Assembly: GCA_944319885.1 (NCBI GenBank)
Contig: CALUFC010000011.1
Span: forward strand, 327-64,326
Source: an uncultured Coriobacteriaceae bacterium
GTDB lineage: Bacteria; Actinomycetota; Coriobacteriia; Coriobacteriales; Coriobacteriaceae
Direction of reading: 5' to 3'
DNA length: 64,000 nucleotides
Shown here: positions 38,292 to 47,141 of the stretch, piece by piece
Numbering within the stretch: position 1 is the first letter of the stretch
How the letters are laid out: each line of letters opens with the position of its first letter
Program-made: the position numbers and the translations under genes
Notes under the pieces: model-generated
Told to the model about the DNA's origin: nothing
The model's database searches: none
What the model saw: the letters and a program-made list of their open reading frames with translations, nothing else

Positions 38292-39051
38292 CGAAGACCA
38301 CCTTCAGTTGGGAATCGGTGCGGGTGAGGTGCGCGCGGACGGTGTCCACGGCGATGCGGGCGGCCTCTTCTTGCGGGAAGCCGAAGAGCCCGGTGGAGAT
38401 GCAGCAGAACACGAGCGTGCCCAGGCCGCGGCGCGTTGCTTCGGTAAGGCACGAGCGGTAGCAGCTGGCGAGCAGCTTGCGGTCGCGCGGGATCGCCGTG
38501 CCGTCACGCACGATGGGCCCCACGGTATGGAAGACGTAGCGGGCGGGCAGATTGAACGCGGGTGTAACCTTGACCTGGCCCGTTGGTTCCTCGTTCCCCT
38601 GTGCGCGCATGAGCTCGGCGCACGCGAGACGGAGCTCAATGCCGGCGTAGGTGTGGATTGCGTTGTCGATGCAGTGGTGCCCGGGGACGAAGCAGCCGAG
38701 CATCTGGCTGTTCGCGGCGTTCACGATGGCATCCGCTGCGAGGAGCGTGATGTCGCCGCGCCAGAGTGCGATGCGTGAGCCTGCGGGGTCTGCCGCGTCC
38801 GCGGGTTCAAGGTGCGCGGCGTCGACGGCGCCGCCTCGCTCGACGAGGCGCTCTGCGAGGTAGGCGTCCTGCGCGGCGAGCACCTCGTGCGTCACGGGCG
38901 CGGGCGGCCGAACATTCATGAGCGCGCGCAGGAGGGCGCGTTGGCCCTCGGCATCTTCCGGTGTCACGATCTTTCCGCCGTCTGCGCGTTCGGCAAGCAG
39001 CGCATCAATGAGATATCGCCTGCGGTCGTCCTGGGTCATCGCGTCTTCCAT
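38227..39051 (-). CDS. Macrodomain protein-ADP-ribose hydrolase with N-terminal helical extension
   Basis: Macro motifs GDITLLAADAIVNAAN, GCIDNAIH-like HHCIDNAIHTYAG and CCISTGLFGFP. About 270 aa, as in SirTM-associated macro proteins. An alternative ATG is at 39039. Confidence 0.85.
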   Translation of the reverse strand: MEDAMTQDDRRRYLIDALLAERADGGKIVTPEDAEGQRALLRALMNVRPPAPVTHEVLAAQDAYLAERLVERGGAVDAAHLEPADAADPAGSRIALWRGDITLLAADAIVNAANSQMLGCFVPGHHCIDNAIHTYAGIELRLACAELMRAQGNEEPTGQVKVTPAFNLPARYVFHTVGPIVRDGTAIPRDRKLLASCYRSCLTEATRRGLGTLVFCCISTGLFGFPQEEAARIAVDTVRAHLTRTDSQLKVVFDVFSDRDECVYQELLNRARTS

Positions 39052-39075
39052 TCACCGTAGTCGATCGGGCTTTTC

Positions 39076-40008
39076 TTACAGGAGCGTGGGCTGCAGGCGG
39101 CGGAGCGGCTTCTGCGCACCCTGGGTCATCGTGTCCTCGGGGCGCAGGTGGTCCAAAAGCAAGGGCGACTCAGGGTCGTGCTGCGTGCGGTAGTTCTCGA
39201 GCGCGCGTTCGGGATCCTTGTTAGCGTAGCAGTAGCGGCAGCCGTTTGGGCAGGAGTCATACGCGCCGATGTCGCGGCTCTCGATGCAGCCGCAGCCGGC
39301 GCGCTGACCCTTGTGCTTGCGCGGCGCGAAGGAGATGCCGTTGGCGGCGCCCAGGATGTCGAGCGTGGTGCAGCCGCTCGGGTGGATGCCGTAGGCGCTC
39401 CAGTCGCCATTGGAGCCGCAGGTCTGGAGCCAGATTCCGTGCTCGGCGGCGATGGTGCCCATGCCGCGGGCGAGCCGGTCCATGTCTTCGGGGCCGATGG
39501 GGGAGAGCTCGGGCATATTGAACCGCAGCTTCTTGTAGAGCTCCACGAAGGAGAAGATGCAGCGGTCAACATGGCCGGCCAGGCGGCCGCACAGATGGTC
39601 GAACGTTGCCAGGTGGCGCTCCACCGTGTAGGTGGGCGTGAGCAGCACCGGGTCATAGCGCCAGGCGATGCGCCGCGCACCCACGATTCTCTCGAGATCA
39701 TAAAGGGTTTCTACGGAGTCCTCGACGTTGGGGACGCGCGGTTCGATGTCCTGCCCGTAGGCGGTGATGGTGTAGTTGAAATAGGTGTTGAAGCGGTTCG
39801 TGATCTCGTGCAGGCGCGGCAGGATGGGCGCATAGTTCTTGGAGCAGAAGATCACGACGTCAACTACGTCCGGCGTGAGCTCGTAGCGCGTCACCTTGGT
39901 GGGGAAGAGCGGGTTTCTTGCCAGCGCGAACCCTTCTTCGAAGCGCCTGAGCAGCCAGGGCGTGTACCACTGCACGGTGTCTGTGCGTGCGCCGGTGTTG
40001 ATGATCAT
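39076..40008 (-). CDS. DUF1848-family protein (Cys-rich, radical-SAM/photolyase-like fold suspected)
   Basis: 310 aa. The ATG at 40008 follows ggggagg. The N-terminus MIINTGARTDTVQWYTPWL and the C-terminal Cys cluster CGCIESRDIGAYDSCPNGCRYCYA match my recollection of DUF1848. Confidence 0.75.
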   Translation of the reverse strand: MIINTGARTDTVQWYTPWLLRRFEEGFALARNPLFPTKVTRYELTPDVVDVVIFCSKNYAPILPRLHEITNRFNTYFNYTITAYGQDIEPRVPNVEDSVETLYDLERIVGARRIAWRYDPVLLTPTYTVERHLATFDHLCGRLAGHVDRCIFSFVELYKKLRFNMPELSPIGPEDMDRLARGMGTIAAEHGIWLQTCGSNGDWSAYGIHPSGCTTLDILGAANGISFAPRKHKGQRAGCGCIESRDIGAYDSCPNGCRYCYANKDPERALENYRTQHDPESPLLLDHLRPEDTMTQGAQKPLRRLQPTLL

Positions 40009-40024
40009 ACCGCCTCCCCATATA

Positions 40025-40038
40025 CGAACAAACGTTCT
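40025..40038. promoter_or_regulatory. Candidate LexA SOS (Cheo) box CGAACAAACGTTCT
   Basis: It matches GAAC-N4-GTTC, and 13 of 14 positions of the Gram-positive consensus CGAACRNRYGTTYC. It lies between AT-rich TATA-like hexamers, 17-30 nt upstream of the DUF1848 start. Confidence 0.45.
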
Positions 40039-40135
40039 TATATATCATAGCGCGAGGGCCGTGCCGCTTCAAACGAAGGGGCGGAGCTTCACGCCTCACC
40101 CCCCTCGGCTCAATCTGCGGCATCTTCTGCTTTGG

Positions 40136-40441
40136 CTACTTGCTTACCACCGAGACGCGCTCGCACACGTGCTCGCCGCTCTCGATGAGGTCAACGATCG
40201 CGATAGCGTAGTCGGCATAGCTCACGGTGGACTCACCGGCTGCATTCAGGGTGAGCTCCTCGCCGGCGAGCGTGTTCTCCGCGGTGAGGTCGAGCGCGTC
40301 CTTCACGAGCGCGTTTTGCGCCTCGGTCTTGTTCTCTTCGCGCACGATGGCGGTGACGTCGAGGCCACGCTCGACGGCCTCCTTCACGACGAGCTGTCCC
40401 ACGCGACCGTTCGCGGCGACGACGGCGATCTTCTTAGCCAT
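40136..40441 (-). pseudogene. NAD(P)H-binding (NmrA/atypical SDR) protein with a large in-frame internal deletion
   Basis: 101 aa. The Rossmann start KIAVVAANGRVGQLVVKEAVERGLDVTAIVR joins to a C-terminal tail STVSYADYAIAIVDLIESGEH..RVSVV. Typical family members are about 210 aa. Confidence 0.5.
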
Positions 40442-40556
40442 GATGGCTCCTATCTGCCCGCGGGCTTTCACGTGTCCGCAGGCGTAGCGTTGTTTGTTCC
40501 GGCGTTCTCTCTGCCGGCATCGTTATCGTCGCGCCTGGCCCTCACATGAGAAAGTA

Positions 40557-40570
40557 AGCACAATTTTGTG
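40557..40570. promoter_or_regulatory. Palindrome GCACAA-tt-TTGTGC in the divergent SDR / HxlR intergenic region
   Basis: 6-bp perfect arms flanked by repeated GTAAG words. Candidate HxlR operator. Confidence 0.35.
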
Positions 40571-40693
40571 CGGTAAGTACCTGTGGGTAAGTAATGGTTT
40601 ATACCTGCTCGAATAATTGTGTGCATACTGTGGCAGGCACGGGCAGCGGTATGCTGTTCCCGATGGAACGACAGAAGAGGAAGGTGAATCGCT

Positions 40694-41047
40694 GTGCTGG
40701 AGAACCGTCAGGCGTCCCCGGATGCGGAGCGCGAGTGGCCGGCGTGCCCGGTCGAGACCACGCTCGCGCTCATCGGTGACAAGTGGAAGCCGCTCATCCT
40801 GCGCGACCTGCTCGAAGGCACAAAGCGTTTCGGCGAGCTGCAACGCAGCGTCGGCCATGTGTCGCAGAAGGTGCTCACAGGCCAGCTGCGCGCCATGGAG
40901 GCGGACGGTCTGGTGCATCGTGAGGTCTATGCCGAGGTGCCGCCTCGCGTAGAGCACTCGCTCACGCCGCTTGGACAGAGCCTCAAGCCTGTTATCGATG
41001 CGCTCAAGACCTGGGGCGAGCATTTCAAGGCGGGCCAGGCACAATAA
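40694..41047 (+). CDS. HxlR-family winged-helix transcriptional regulator
   Basis: GTG start after ggaaggtg. Motifs CPVETTLALIGDKWKPLILRDL and RFGELQRS..ISQKVLTxQLRxME-like. Confidence 0.85.
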   Translation: MLENRQASPDAEREWPACPVETTLALIGDKWKPLILRDLLEGTKRFGELQRSVGHVSQKVLTGQLRAMEADGLVHREVYAEVPPRVEHSLTPLGQSLKPVIDALKTWGEHFKAGQAQ

Positions 41048-41153
41048 GCGTGGGGTATACGGTCCGTAGGTAGCATGAAGCTCGCATGCTCGGCATACTA
41101 TAGCAGGCAACCGAAAGACAGCGTTGTGTACGCGCTTCGACCGAAGGAGTTCT

Positions 41154-41765
41154 ATGGCCGCCTACATTACCGCCGAGACCATTAAGATTCTGCGCGATGA
41201 ACGGGGCCTCACGCAACGCGCCCTTGCTGAGGCGATAGGTGTAACGGACAAGGCGATCTCCAAATGGGAATCGGGACGCGGGCTTCCCGACATATCGCTT
41301 GTTGAACCGCTTGCGTCGGCGCTGGGCGTCTCGGTTGCCGAGCTTCTCACCGGCGACGTGCGTCAGAATGCCAATCGGGCGGGAAATCCTTTGCGTGCGA
41401 AGTTTTACGTGTGCCCCATCTGCGGCAACGTGGTCTATGCCCTCGGCGATGGCGCGTTTTCGTGTTGCGGCGTGCGCTTGCTGCCCCTAGAGGTGGAGCA
41501 ATCCGACGAGAACCACGGTATCGCCATCGAGCGCGTAGAGGATGAGTGGCACATCACGCTCGACCATTCCATGACGAAAGACCACTTCATAACGTTCATC
41601 GCCTATGTTGCTCCGGATGGCGTCACAATCAAGAAGCTCTATCCCGAGCAGGAACCGGAAACGCGCTTCCGGATGGGGATGTCGGGTGCCATCTATGCTT
41701 GCTGCAACCGGCACGGCCTTTTCCGCGTGCCCACACCAAAACGTTCGCTGAGCGCACGTCTCTAA
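41154..41765 (+). CDS. XRE-HTH domain fused to a complete desulfoferrodoxin-type superoxide reductase (HTH-Dx-SOR)
   Basis: The ATG at 41154 follows gaaggag. HTH region LTQRALAEAIGVTDKAISKWESG. Centre I Cys CPICG...SCCG. Centre II ligands are all present (ENHGI, LDHSMTKDH, CCNRHG). Confidence 0.75.
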   Translation: MAAYITAETIKILRDERGLTQRALAEAIGVTDKAISKWESGRGLPDISLVEPLASALGVSVAELLTGDVRQNANRAGNPLRAKFYVCPICGNVVYALGDGAFSCCGVRLLPLEVEQSDENHGIAIERVEDEWHITLDHSMTKDHFITFIAYVAPDGVTIKKLYPEQEPETRFRMGMSGAIYACCNRHGLFRVPTPKRSLSARL

Positions 41766-41969
41766 GGGGCCGTAGCCGCTGCACGCCTTCTACCTGCGCT
41801 TTGCAACCATAGGGCGCCTTGCGGTTGCTGAGATTTCCCTCAATTGCGCACCGCCGGTTGGTAGAATGGCGGTGCGCGCCACCCTAGACTTTTTGGTGCC
41901 GGCAGAATCGATACGAACATCCGAAGCGCCGCGTTGCTGCGTTTTCGGGTTTGACAGAGAGGCACCGCT

Positions 41970-43031
41970 ATGAGTTTCCGCGACAACCTTCAACACCTGC
42001 GCGCCGAGCGCAATATGACCCAGGAGCAGCTTGCCATGCTGCTGGGCGTATCCCGCCAAAGTGTTACCAAGTGGGAAGCCGAGCGGGCGATGCCCGAGCT
42101 CGACAAGCTTCTTAAGATGTGCCAGATCTTCGACTGCACGCTCGACGACCTTGTAACGGGCGATCTTGCCGCGCGTCCGGCTGTCTCGGCAGATGCCGGC
42201 GAAGAAGCGGGGCCTCACGCGGTGCCGCGAATTCCTGCGGGTCCGCCGCAGGACATCTGCGGGTACGAGGAGCACCAGCTCATGATGGCATGGAAGGTCC
42301 CCACGGGCGTCGCCGCGATTCTTTTGGGCATCGCCATTGGCCTGCTCTTCGAGGGCTCGGTCATGCTGGCGTCTTGGAACGGGCGCGACGGCCTCTTCGT
42401 AATCATCGTGCTTGTGGGTATCCTTGCTGGTCTCGCGTTCCTCGTGCCCGCGGGAATGGATCACGCGGCGTTTCAGAAAGCTCATCCGTTTATTGAGGAT
42501 TTCTACACAGACGAGGATCGCGATGCCGCGCGCAAAACGTTCTCGGTGTCGCTTATCGCCGGCATCGCCTTCATTTTCACAGGCATCGGTGCGTTGCTCA
42601 TGCTTGAGGAGACGGCAGAACACTGGGGCCTGTTCTTCTTGATGCTCTTCATCGCCTTGGGCGTGTGGTGGATCATCCGCGGCGGCATGCTGCTCGGTCG
42701 CACGAACGTGGCGGAATATAACAAGAGCGTTGGCGAGGACCTCGAGGTCGAGGAGATCATGAACCTTGCGCTTGATGAAGCGCGGCGCGACGCCCTGCTC
42801 GCGGTGAAGCGCCGTGATAACAAGCTCGGCGCGATCTGCGGCGTCATCATGATTGTTGCCACCATCGTGGGGCTGGGACTGTTGTTTGCCCCCGTGCTGA
42901 CGTCATCGAACCCGGATGCATTCGAACCGCTGGGGACATCTGCCACCTGGTTCTGGGTCGCGTGGCCTGTGGGTGGCATGATCTGCGGCATCGTGGCGCT
43001 CATCTGGGAGGCGTTCGGGCGCGGCGAGTAG
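41970..43031 (+). CDS. Membrane-anchored XRE-HTH protein (353 aa)
   Basis: N-terminal HTH MTQEQLAMLLGVSRQSVTKWEAERAMPELDKLL, followed by a linker and about six TM helices. Confidence 0.75.
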   Translation: MSFRDNLQHLRAERNMTQEQLAMLLGVSRQSVTKWEAERAMPELDKLLKMCQIFDCTLDDLVTGDLAARPAVSADAGEEAGPHAVPRIPAGPPQDICGYEEHQLMMAWKVPTGVAAILLGIAIGLLFEGSVMLASWNGRDGLFVIIVLVGILAGLAFLVPAGMDHAAFQKAHPFIEDFYTDEDRDAARKTFSVSLIAGIAFIFTGIGALLMLEETAEHWGLFFLMLFIALGVWWIIRGGMLLGRTNVAEYNKSVGEDLEVEEIMNLALDEARRDALLAVKRRDNKLGAICGVIMIVATIVGLGLLFAPVLTSSNPDAFEPLGTSATWFWVAWPVGGMICGIVALIWEAFGRGE

Positions 43032-43119
43032 TGCGTTCACAGCCGTTTCTTCTGACGAACAATCCTCTTTACGTTACACGCTATGTAATGTACTATAGCT
43101 TGTAAAAAAAGGAGGGCCC

Positions 43120-43689
43120 ATGGCAGCACGCGAGATTGACATCACAACCCGTAAGCAGCTGGATATCTACATGAATCCCCAGCGCCAACGTCTCTTGCAC
43201 GAGATGCAGCTCATCGTGCGCCCCGCAACCTGCAAGGAGCTTGCAGACATCATGGGCATCTCCGCCTCTTCCGTTACGCATCACATGAAAAAGCTTGAGG
43301 AGTTGGGGCTGGTCGAGCTCGACCATACGGAGGCCATACGCGGTATCACCGCGCGGTATTGGCGAGCTGTTCCCGTGCAGGTGAATCTGCGTATGAGTGA
43401 TGGGGACGATCTGAGGGAGGAGAAGGAGCTCGTTGTCGACTACCTGAACCAGCGCGTGTTCGAAGGGCTGCGCGCCTACGTCTCCTCCGGTGCTGCGGCG
43501 CGCGACGAGCAGCTCGGGCGTGCGTGTGGCGAGTTGCGCGCTGGCGTCGTCTACCTCACCGAGGACGATGCGCGGGCGTTTCGGCAGATGGTCGATGAGT
43601 TTATCGCCGCGCACGAAGTGCCTGCAGACGGTGCCGTGCCGTGGGAGGTCAGCATCGGGTGCTATCCGCACCGAAGCGAATCGGTATAA
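43120..43689 (+). CDS. ArsR-type winged-HTH regulator with C-terminal extension
   Basis: RBS aaggaggg. HTH region ATCKELADIMGISASSVTHHMKKLEELGLVEL. Confidence 0.7.
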   Translation: MAAREIDITTRKQLDIYMNPQRQRLLHEMQLIVRPATCKELADIMGISASSVTHHMKKLEELGLVELDHTEAIRGITARYWRAVPVQVNLRMSDGDDLREEKELVVDYLNQRVFEGLRAYVSSGAAARDEQLGRACGELRAGVVYLTEDDARAFRQMVDEFIAAHEVPADGAVPWEVSIGCYPHRSESV

Positions 43690-43750
43690 CGTTCTTTGCT
43701 GGACAGTCGAATAGCTCTGCACAAGCCCGTTGCGAAGGGATGGTGTCGCC

Positions 43751-45016
43751 ATGCCCATAATCCGAACGAACGATCATGGTCGGGCTGCTCCCGGTTCGAT
43801 TCTTCCCGCGAGCCACGCGCTGGTGTTTTTGACTATGCACGTTGCAAACGGTCTCGCGGTTCCGGTGCTCTCGCTCATGCTGATCGCGCGTGGCGCCTCG
43901 GCCGAAACGCTGCCGCTTTCGGTGGGTATCACTCTGGCTGTCACGTGCGCGTTCGAGGTGCCGAGCGGCCTTGTGTCAGACGCTCTGGGCAGGCGCGCGG
44001 TCTTCGTGTGCGCCATGGCGCTTCATGCGGGGGCGTATGTCGCCCTGCTGATGGGCATGGGGTTCGCAGGCGTGCTAGCATCAAGCGTGTTGCGTGGTCT
44101 CGCCCTTGCAGCGCGTACGGGGTCGCTCGAGGCCATCGAGATCGATCGCGTGATGGACACGAGTCCCGAGGGGCATGCACGACTCGCCGCGCTGGATGCC
44201 TTGAACGGGCGCTTCGCGCTGCTGGAGACGGTGGGCACCGCTGCGGGAGGGTTGTTCGGCGGTATGCTCGCCGCGCTTGACGGCAGCTACACCATGCTGA
44301 TCGTCGCGGTGGTTCTTCTTTCTTCGGTATCGCTGGTGGGTGCTCTGGCGATCTTTCCACGAGATGCGCCGCGTTCGAATGCTGGAGCGCGCGCGAGCTT
44401 GCGCGACGAGCTGGAGGCTATTGTCGCCATGGTGAGGCGATCTGACAACGTTCGGCTTGTGCTCGCATGCTCGATATCAGCGGGTATCGCCATGGTGGCG
44501 CTCGAGACGTACTGGCAGCTTGATTTGCTGGTGCTTTTGGGCGGTTCATGCGAGTGGATGCTAGGCATCGTCAGCTGTCTCGGCATGGCGGCTGCCTCGG
44601 CAGGAAGCGCTTGCGCCATGCGCGGCGGCTTTGCCGCGCATGCCTTCGGAGGAAACGGGAGGCGCATGTTCTATATCTTGCTGCAGGGGGCGATGGTCGT
44701 TGTGCTTGCCGTGTTATCGCTTGCCGCGACACCAGGCTTATTCACCGTGCTCTATGCGCTGATGTATCTCGTACTGGGTGCGCGCAGCGTTGTCGAGCAG
44801 ACATTGCTGCACAACGCAGTCCCCTCTTCGGAGCGATCGGGCATGGCGTCGGTTCAGTCGGTTGCCATCCGTGGCGGGGGCGTGTTCTCCTCGGTCGCAG
44901 GCAGTGCGCTTGTGCCGGTCATCGGCCTGAACGGGGTATGGATAGCGCTTGCGGCGATTGCCGTGGCGCCGGCAGCCCCGGCGATTCTTCGCATCCGTAC
45001 GGCTGTCCGCCGATAG
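43751..45016 (+). CDS. MFS transporter
   Basis: About 12 TM helices with an MFS loop motif GLVSDALGRR. It follows the ArsR-like gene. Confidence 0.8.
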   Translation: MPIIRTNDHGRAAPGSILPASHALVFLTMHVANGLAVPVLSLMLIARGASAETLPLSVGITLAVTCAFEVPSGLVSDALGRRAVFVCAMALHAGAYVALLMGMGFAGVLASSVLRGLALAARTGSLEAIEIDRVMDTSPEGHARLAALDALNGRFALLETVGTAAGGLFGGMLAALDGSYTMLIVAVVLLSSVSLVGALAIFPRDAPRSNAGARASLRDELEAIVAMVRRSDNVRLVLACSISAGIAMVALETYWQLDLLVLLGGSCEWMLGIVSCLGMAAASAGSACAMRGGFAAHAFGGNGRRMFYILLQGAMVVVLAVLSLAATPGLFTVLYALMYLVLGARSVVEQTLLHNAVPSSERSGMASVQSVAIRGGGVFSSVAGSALVPVIGLNGVWIALAAIAVAPAAPAILRIRTAVRR

Positions 45017-45059
45017 GAAGGGAGATGCCGGGGCTTGCATGGGGCTGCGGAAGCTTCTT

Positions 45060-45785
45060 CTACAGCTCGCGCCGTTCGTAGAGTTTGAGCGAGATGGCGG
45101 CGGAGACGCCGAGGAAGATGGCTGCCACGCAGAGGGAGACGGCAAGGCTTACGGTCACGCCGAGGGGCGTTTCGATGAAGGCGAAGATGTTTCGGATGGT
45201 ATCGGCGATACCGGCGAAGTTATCGAGGCCGCCGGTGGCACCCAGGATGACCATGGGGCAGATGAACAGGCACACGGAGATCATGGGGATCCATTGCGTT
45301 GCTTTGGTCTGGCCGAAGCGGAAGTAGATCGGTTCCTCGAGTGCGGCAACGCCCGAGCCAACAATGGCGCACAGCGCGCAGGAGAATACCATGGCTTGCA
45401 CGTTATCCGCAGAAAAGCCAAGCGCCATCTTGAGGTCGGCGGGCAGCGGCAATGCGCCGGCGATCAGCGAGAGCGCGAGCGCACCGATGAGGCCCGCTGC
45501 CATGCCGATGAGCCCGAGCGTGGCGATGACGCCGTATCGACCGAGTACGATATCGCGACGGCTCAGGGGCATGGTGAGACGGTAGGTGCCCCAGTTGTTC
45601 TGCTCATCGTAGGCTGAGGTGGCGAGCGCTCCCATGATGAAGTACATGCAGGTGAGTACGCCGGGCGCCCCCGTAAGGCTCTGCATGCCGAGGCATGTGC
45701 ATGCGGCAACAAAGATACCCAGGCCAAAAAGCTGGCGAACGTAATCGCGAATAATGGTCATCTCAACGAGGTATGCGCGCTTCAT
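45060..45785 (-). CDS. ABC-2 type transporter permease (cassette A)
   Basis: 241 aa with six TM helices. Paralog of 57531..58256 and 58329..59054. Its start abuts the ATPase stop. Confidence 0.75.
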   Translation of the reverse strand: MKRAYLVEMTIIRDYVRQLFGLGIFVAACTCLGMQSLTGAPGVLTCMYFIMGALATSAYDEQNNWGTYRLTMPLSRRDIVLGRYGVIATLGLIGMAAGLIGALALSLIAGALPLPADLKMALGFSADNVQAMVFSCALCAIVGSGVAALEEPIYFRFGQTKATQWIPMISVCLFICPMVILGATGGLDNFAGIADTIRNIFAFIETPLGVTVSLAVSLCVAAIFLGVSAAISLKLYERREL

Positions 45786-46709
45786 TTATCGCACACCGCC
45801 TTTCAGGGTCAGAGCCATGTAGTCATCGATGGTCATGCGGTCAACGGGGATGTGGGGGAATTGTCGGGCAAATGCGAAGCGATCGAGGACAAGCACGTCG
45901 ATACCGTAGTCGTGCTTGTGGTAGCGCAGCTCGCGCTCGGGGATGAGTCCCGATGCGGCGACTGCCTCAAATTCAGCCACGCGGCAGCGGGCGATGCCCA
46001 TCTCGTCGGTGATTTCATCTTTGGCGAGGTCGAAGACGATGCGGCCGTTCTCAATCCCGAGCACCCGATCGGCGATCTTCTCCAAATCGCTTGTGATGTG
46101 GCTGCTCATGAGAACCGCGCGTCCGGGCTCCGCTACGAATTCACGCAGCCTATCGAGAATCTCATCGCGCGCCATGGGATCGAGACCCGCCGTGGCCTCG
46201 TCGAGTACGAGCAGGCGTGCGCCATGGGAGAGCGCGCATGCAAGGCTGAGCTTCATGCCCATGCCGCGTGAGAGGTCTTTGACCTGCTTGTTGCCGGAAA
46301 GTCCAAACTCGCGCACGAGCTTGTCGAACGTGTGCTGCTCCCATTGGTCGAACGCGCGAGCATGCACGCGGCCCACGTCGGCAACGCGCAGATGCCCCGG
46401 CATCGATACGGTGTCAAAAACGACGCTGATGTGCTCTTTAATGCGCGCCCCCGCTGCGGTGTGGGCGAGGTCGCGCACGCCTGCGCCCAGAATGCGCGCG
46501 CTGCCGTCATCGAGTTCGATGACGCCTAGAAGCGCCTTGATGGTAGTGGACTTGCCGGCTCCGTTTTGGCCGACGAAGCCCACGATCTCGCCTTCGGCAA
46601 CGGTAAGGTCGAGGTGGTCGAGTGAAAATCCCTCGTAGTGCTTGGTGAGCCCGTGCGCATCGATGAGAAGCTCGCTGGTGCTCGTGGTATCAGATGCCAT
46701 GGCTTGCAT
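45786..46709 (-). CDS. ABC transporter ATP-binding protein (cassette A)
   Basis: Walker A GQNGAGKST, signature LSRGMGMKLSLA, Walker B LLVLDEATAGLD. Confidence 0.88.
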   Translation of the reverse strand: MQAMASDTTSTSELLIDAHGLTKHYEGFSLDHLDLTVAEGEIVGFVGQNGAGKSTTIKALLGVIELDDGSARILGAGVRDLAHTAAGARIKEHISVVFDTVSMPGHLRVADVGRVHARAFDQWEQHTFDKLVREFGLSGNKQVKDLSRGMGMKLSLACALSHGARLLVLDEATAGLDPMARDEILDRLREFVAEPGRAVLMSSHITSDLEKIADRVLGIENGRIVFDLAKDEITDEMGIARCRVAEFEAVAASGLIPERELRYHKHDYGIDVLVLDRFAFARQFPHIPVDRMTIDDYMALTLKGGVR

Positions 46710-46772
46710 GGTCGACGTCCTTTCTGTCTTCCTCCGCGTCGCCGCTCGTGACGTGCGGGCACGGTTTCTTGG

Positions 46773-47141
46773 TCATTCCAATTCGAGCGCGAACATCTCG
46801 GCAAGCTCGTCGTTCGTGAGGCCCATGGCGCGACCGCTTTCGATGGCGCGAGCCATGTGCGCCTCCACCTGGCGGAGCTGCTCCTCGCGGATGAGCTCGG
46901 CGTTGCCACCGGCTACGAAGCTGCCCTTGCCCTGCACCGTCTCGATGAGGCCGGCGGACTCGAGATCCGCATAGGCGCGCTTGGTGGTGATGGCGCTCAC
47001 GCGCAGGCTGTTGGCGAGCGCGCGGATGCTCGGAAGCTGCTCACCCTCAGCGAGGGTGCCGGTCACGATGGCGGCCTTGATCTGCTCGACGATCTGCTCG
47101 TAGATGGGTTTGCCGCTTGAGGTCGAGATGATGATGTCCAA
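46773..47141 (-). CDS. YtrA-subfamily GntR transcriptional regulator (cassette A)
   Basis: TTG start at 47141 after aaagga. 122 aa. Motifs KPIYEQIVEQIKAAI and LPSIRALANSLRVSAITTKRAY. Confidence 0.85.
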   Translation of the reverse strand: MDIIISTSSGKPIYEQIVEQIKAAIVTGTLAEGEQLPSIRALANSLRVSAITTKRAYADLESAGLIETVQGKGSFVAGGNAELIREEQLRQVEAHMARAIESGRAMGLTNDELAEMFALELE

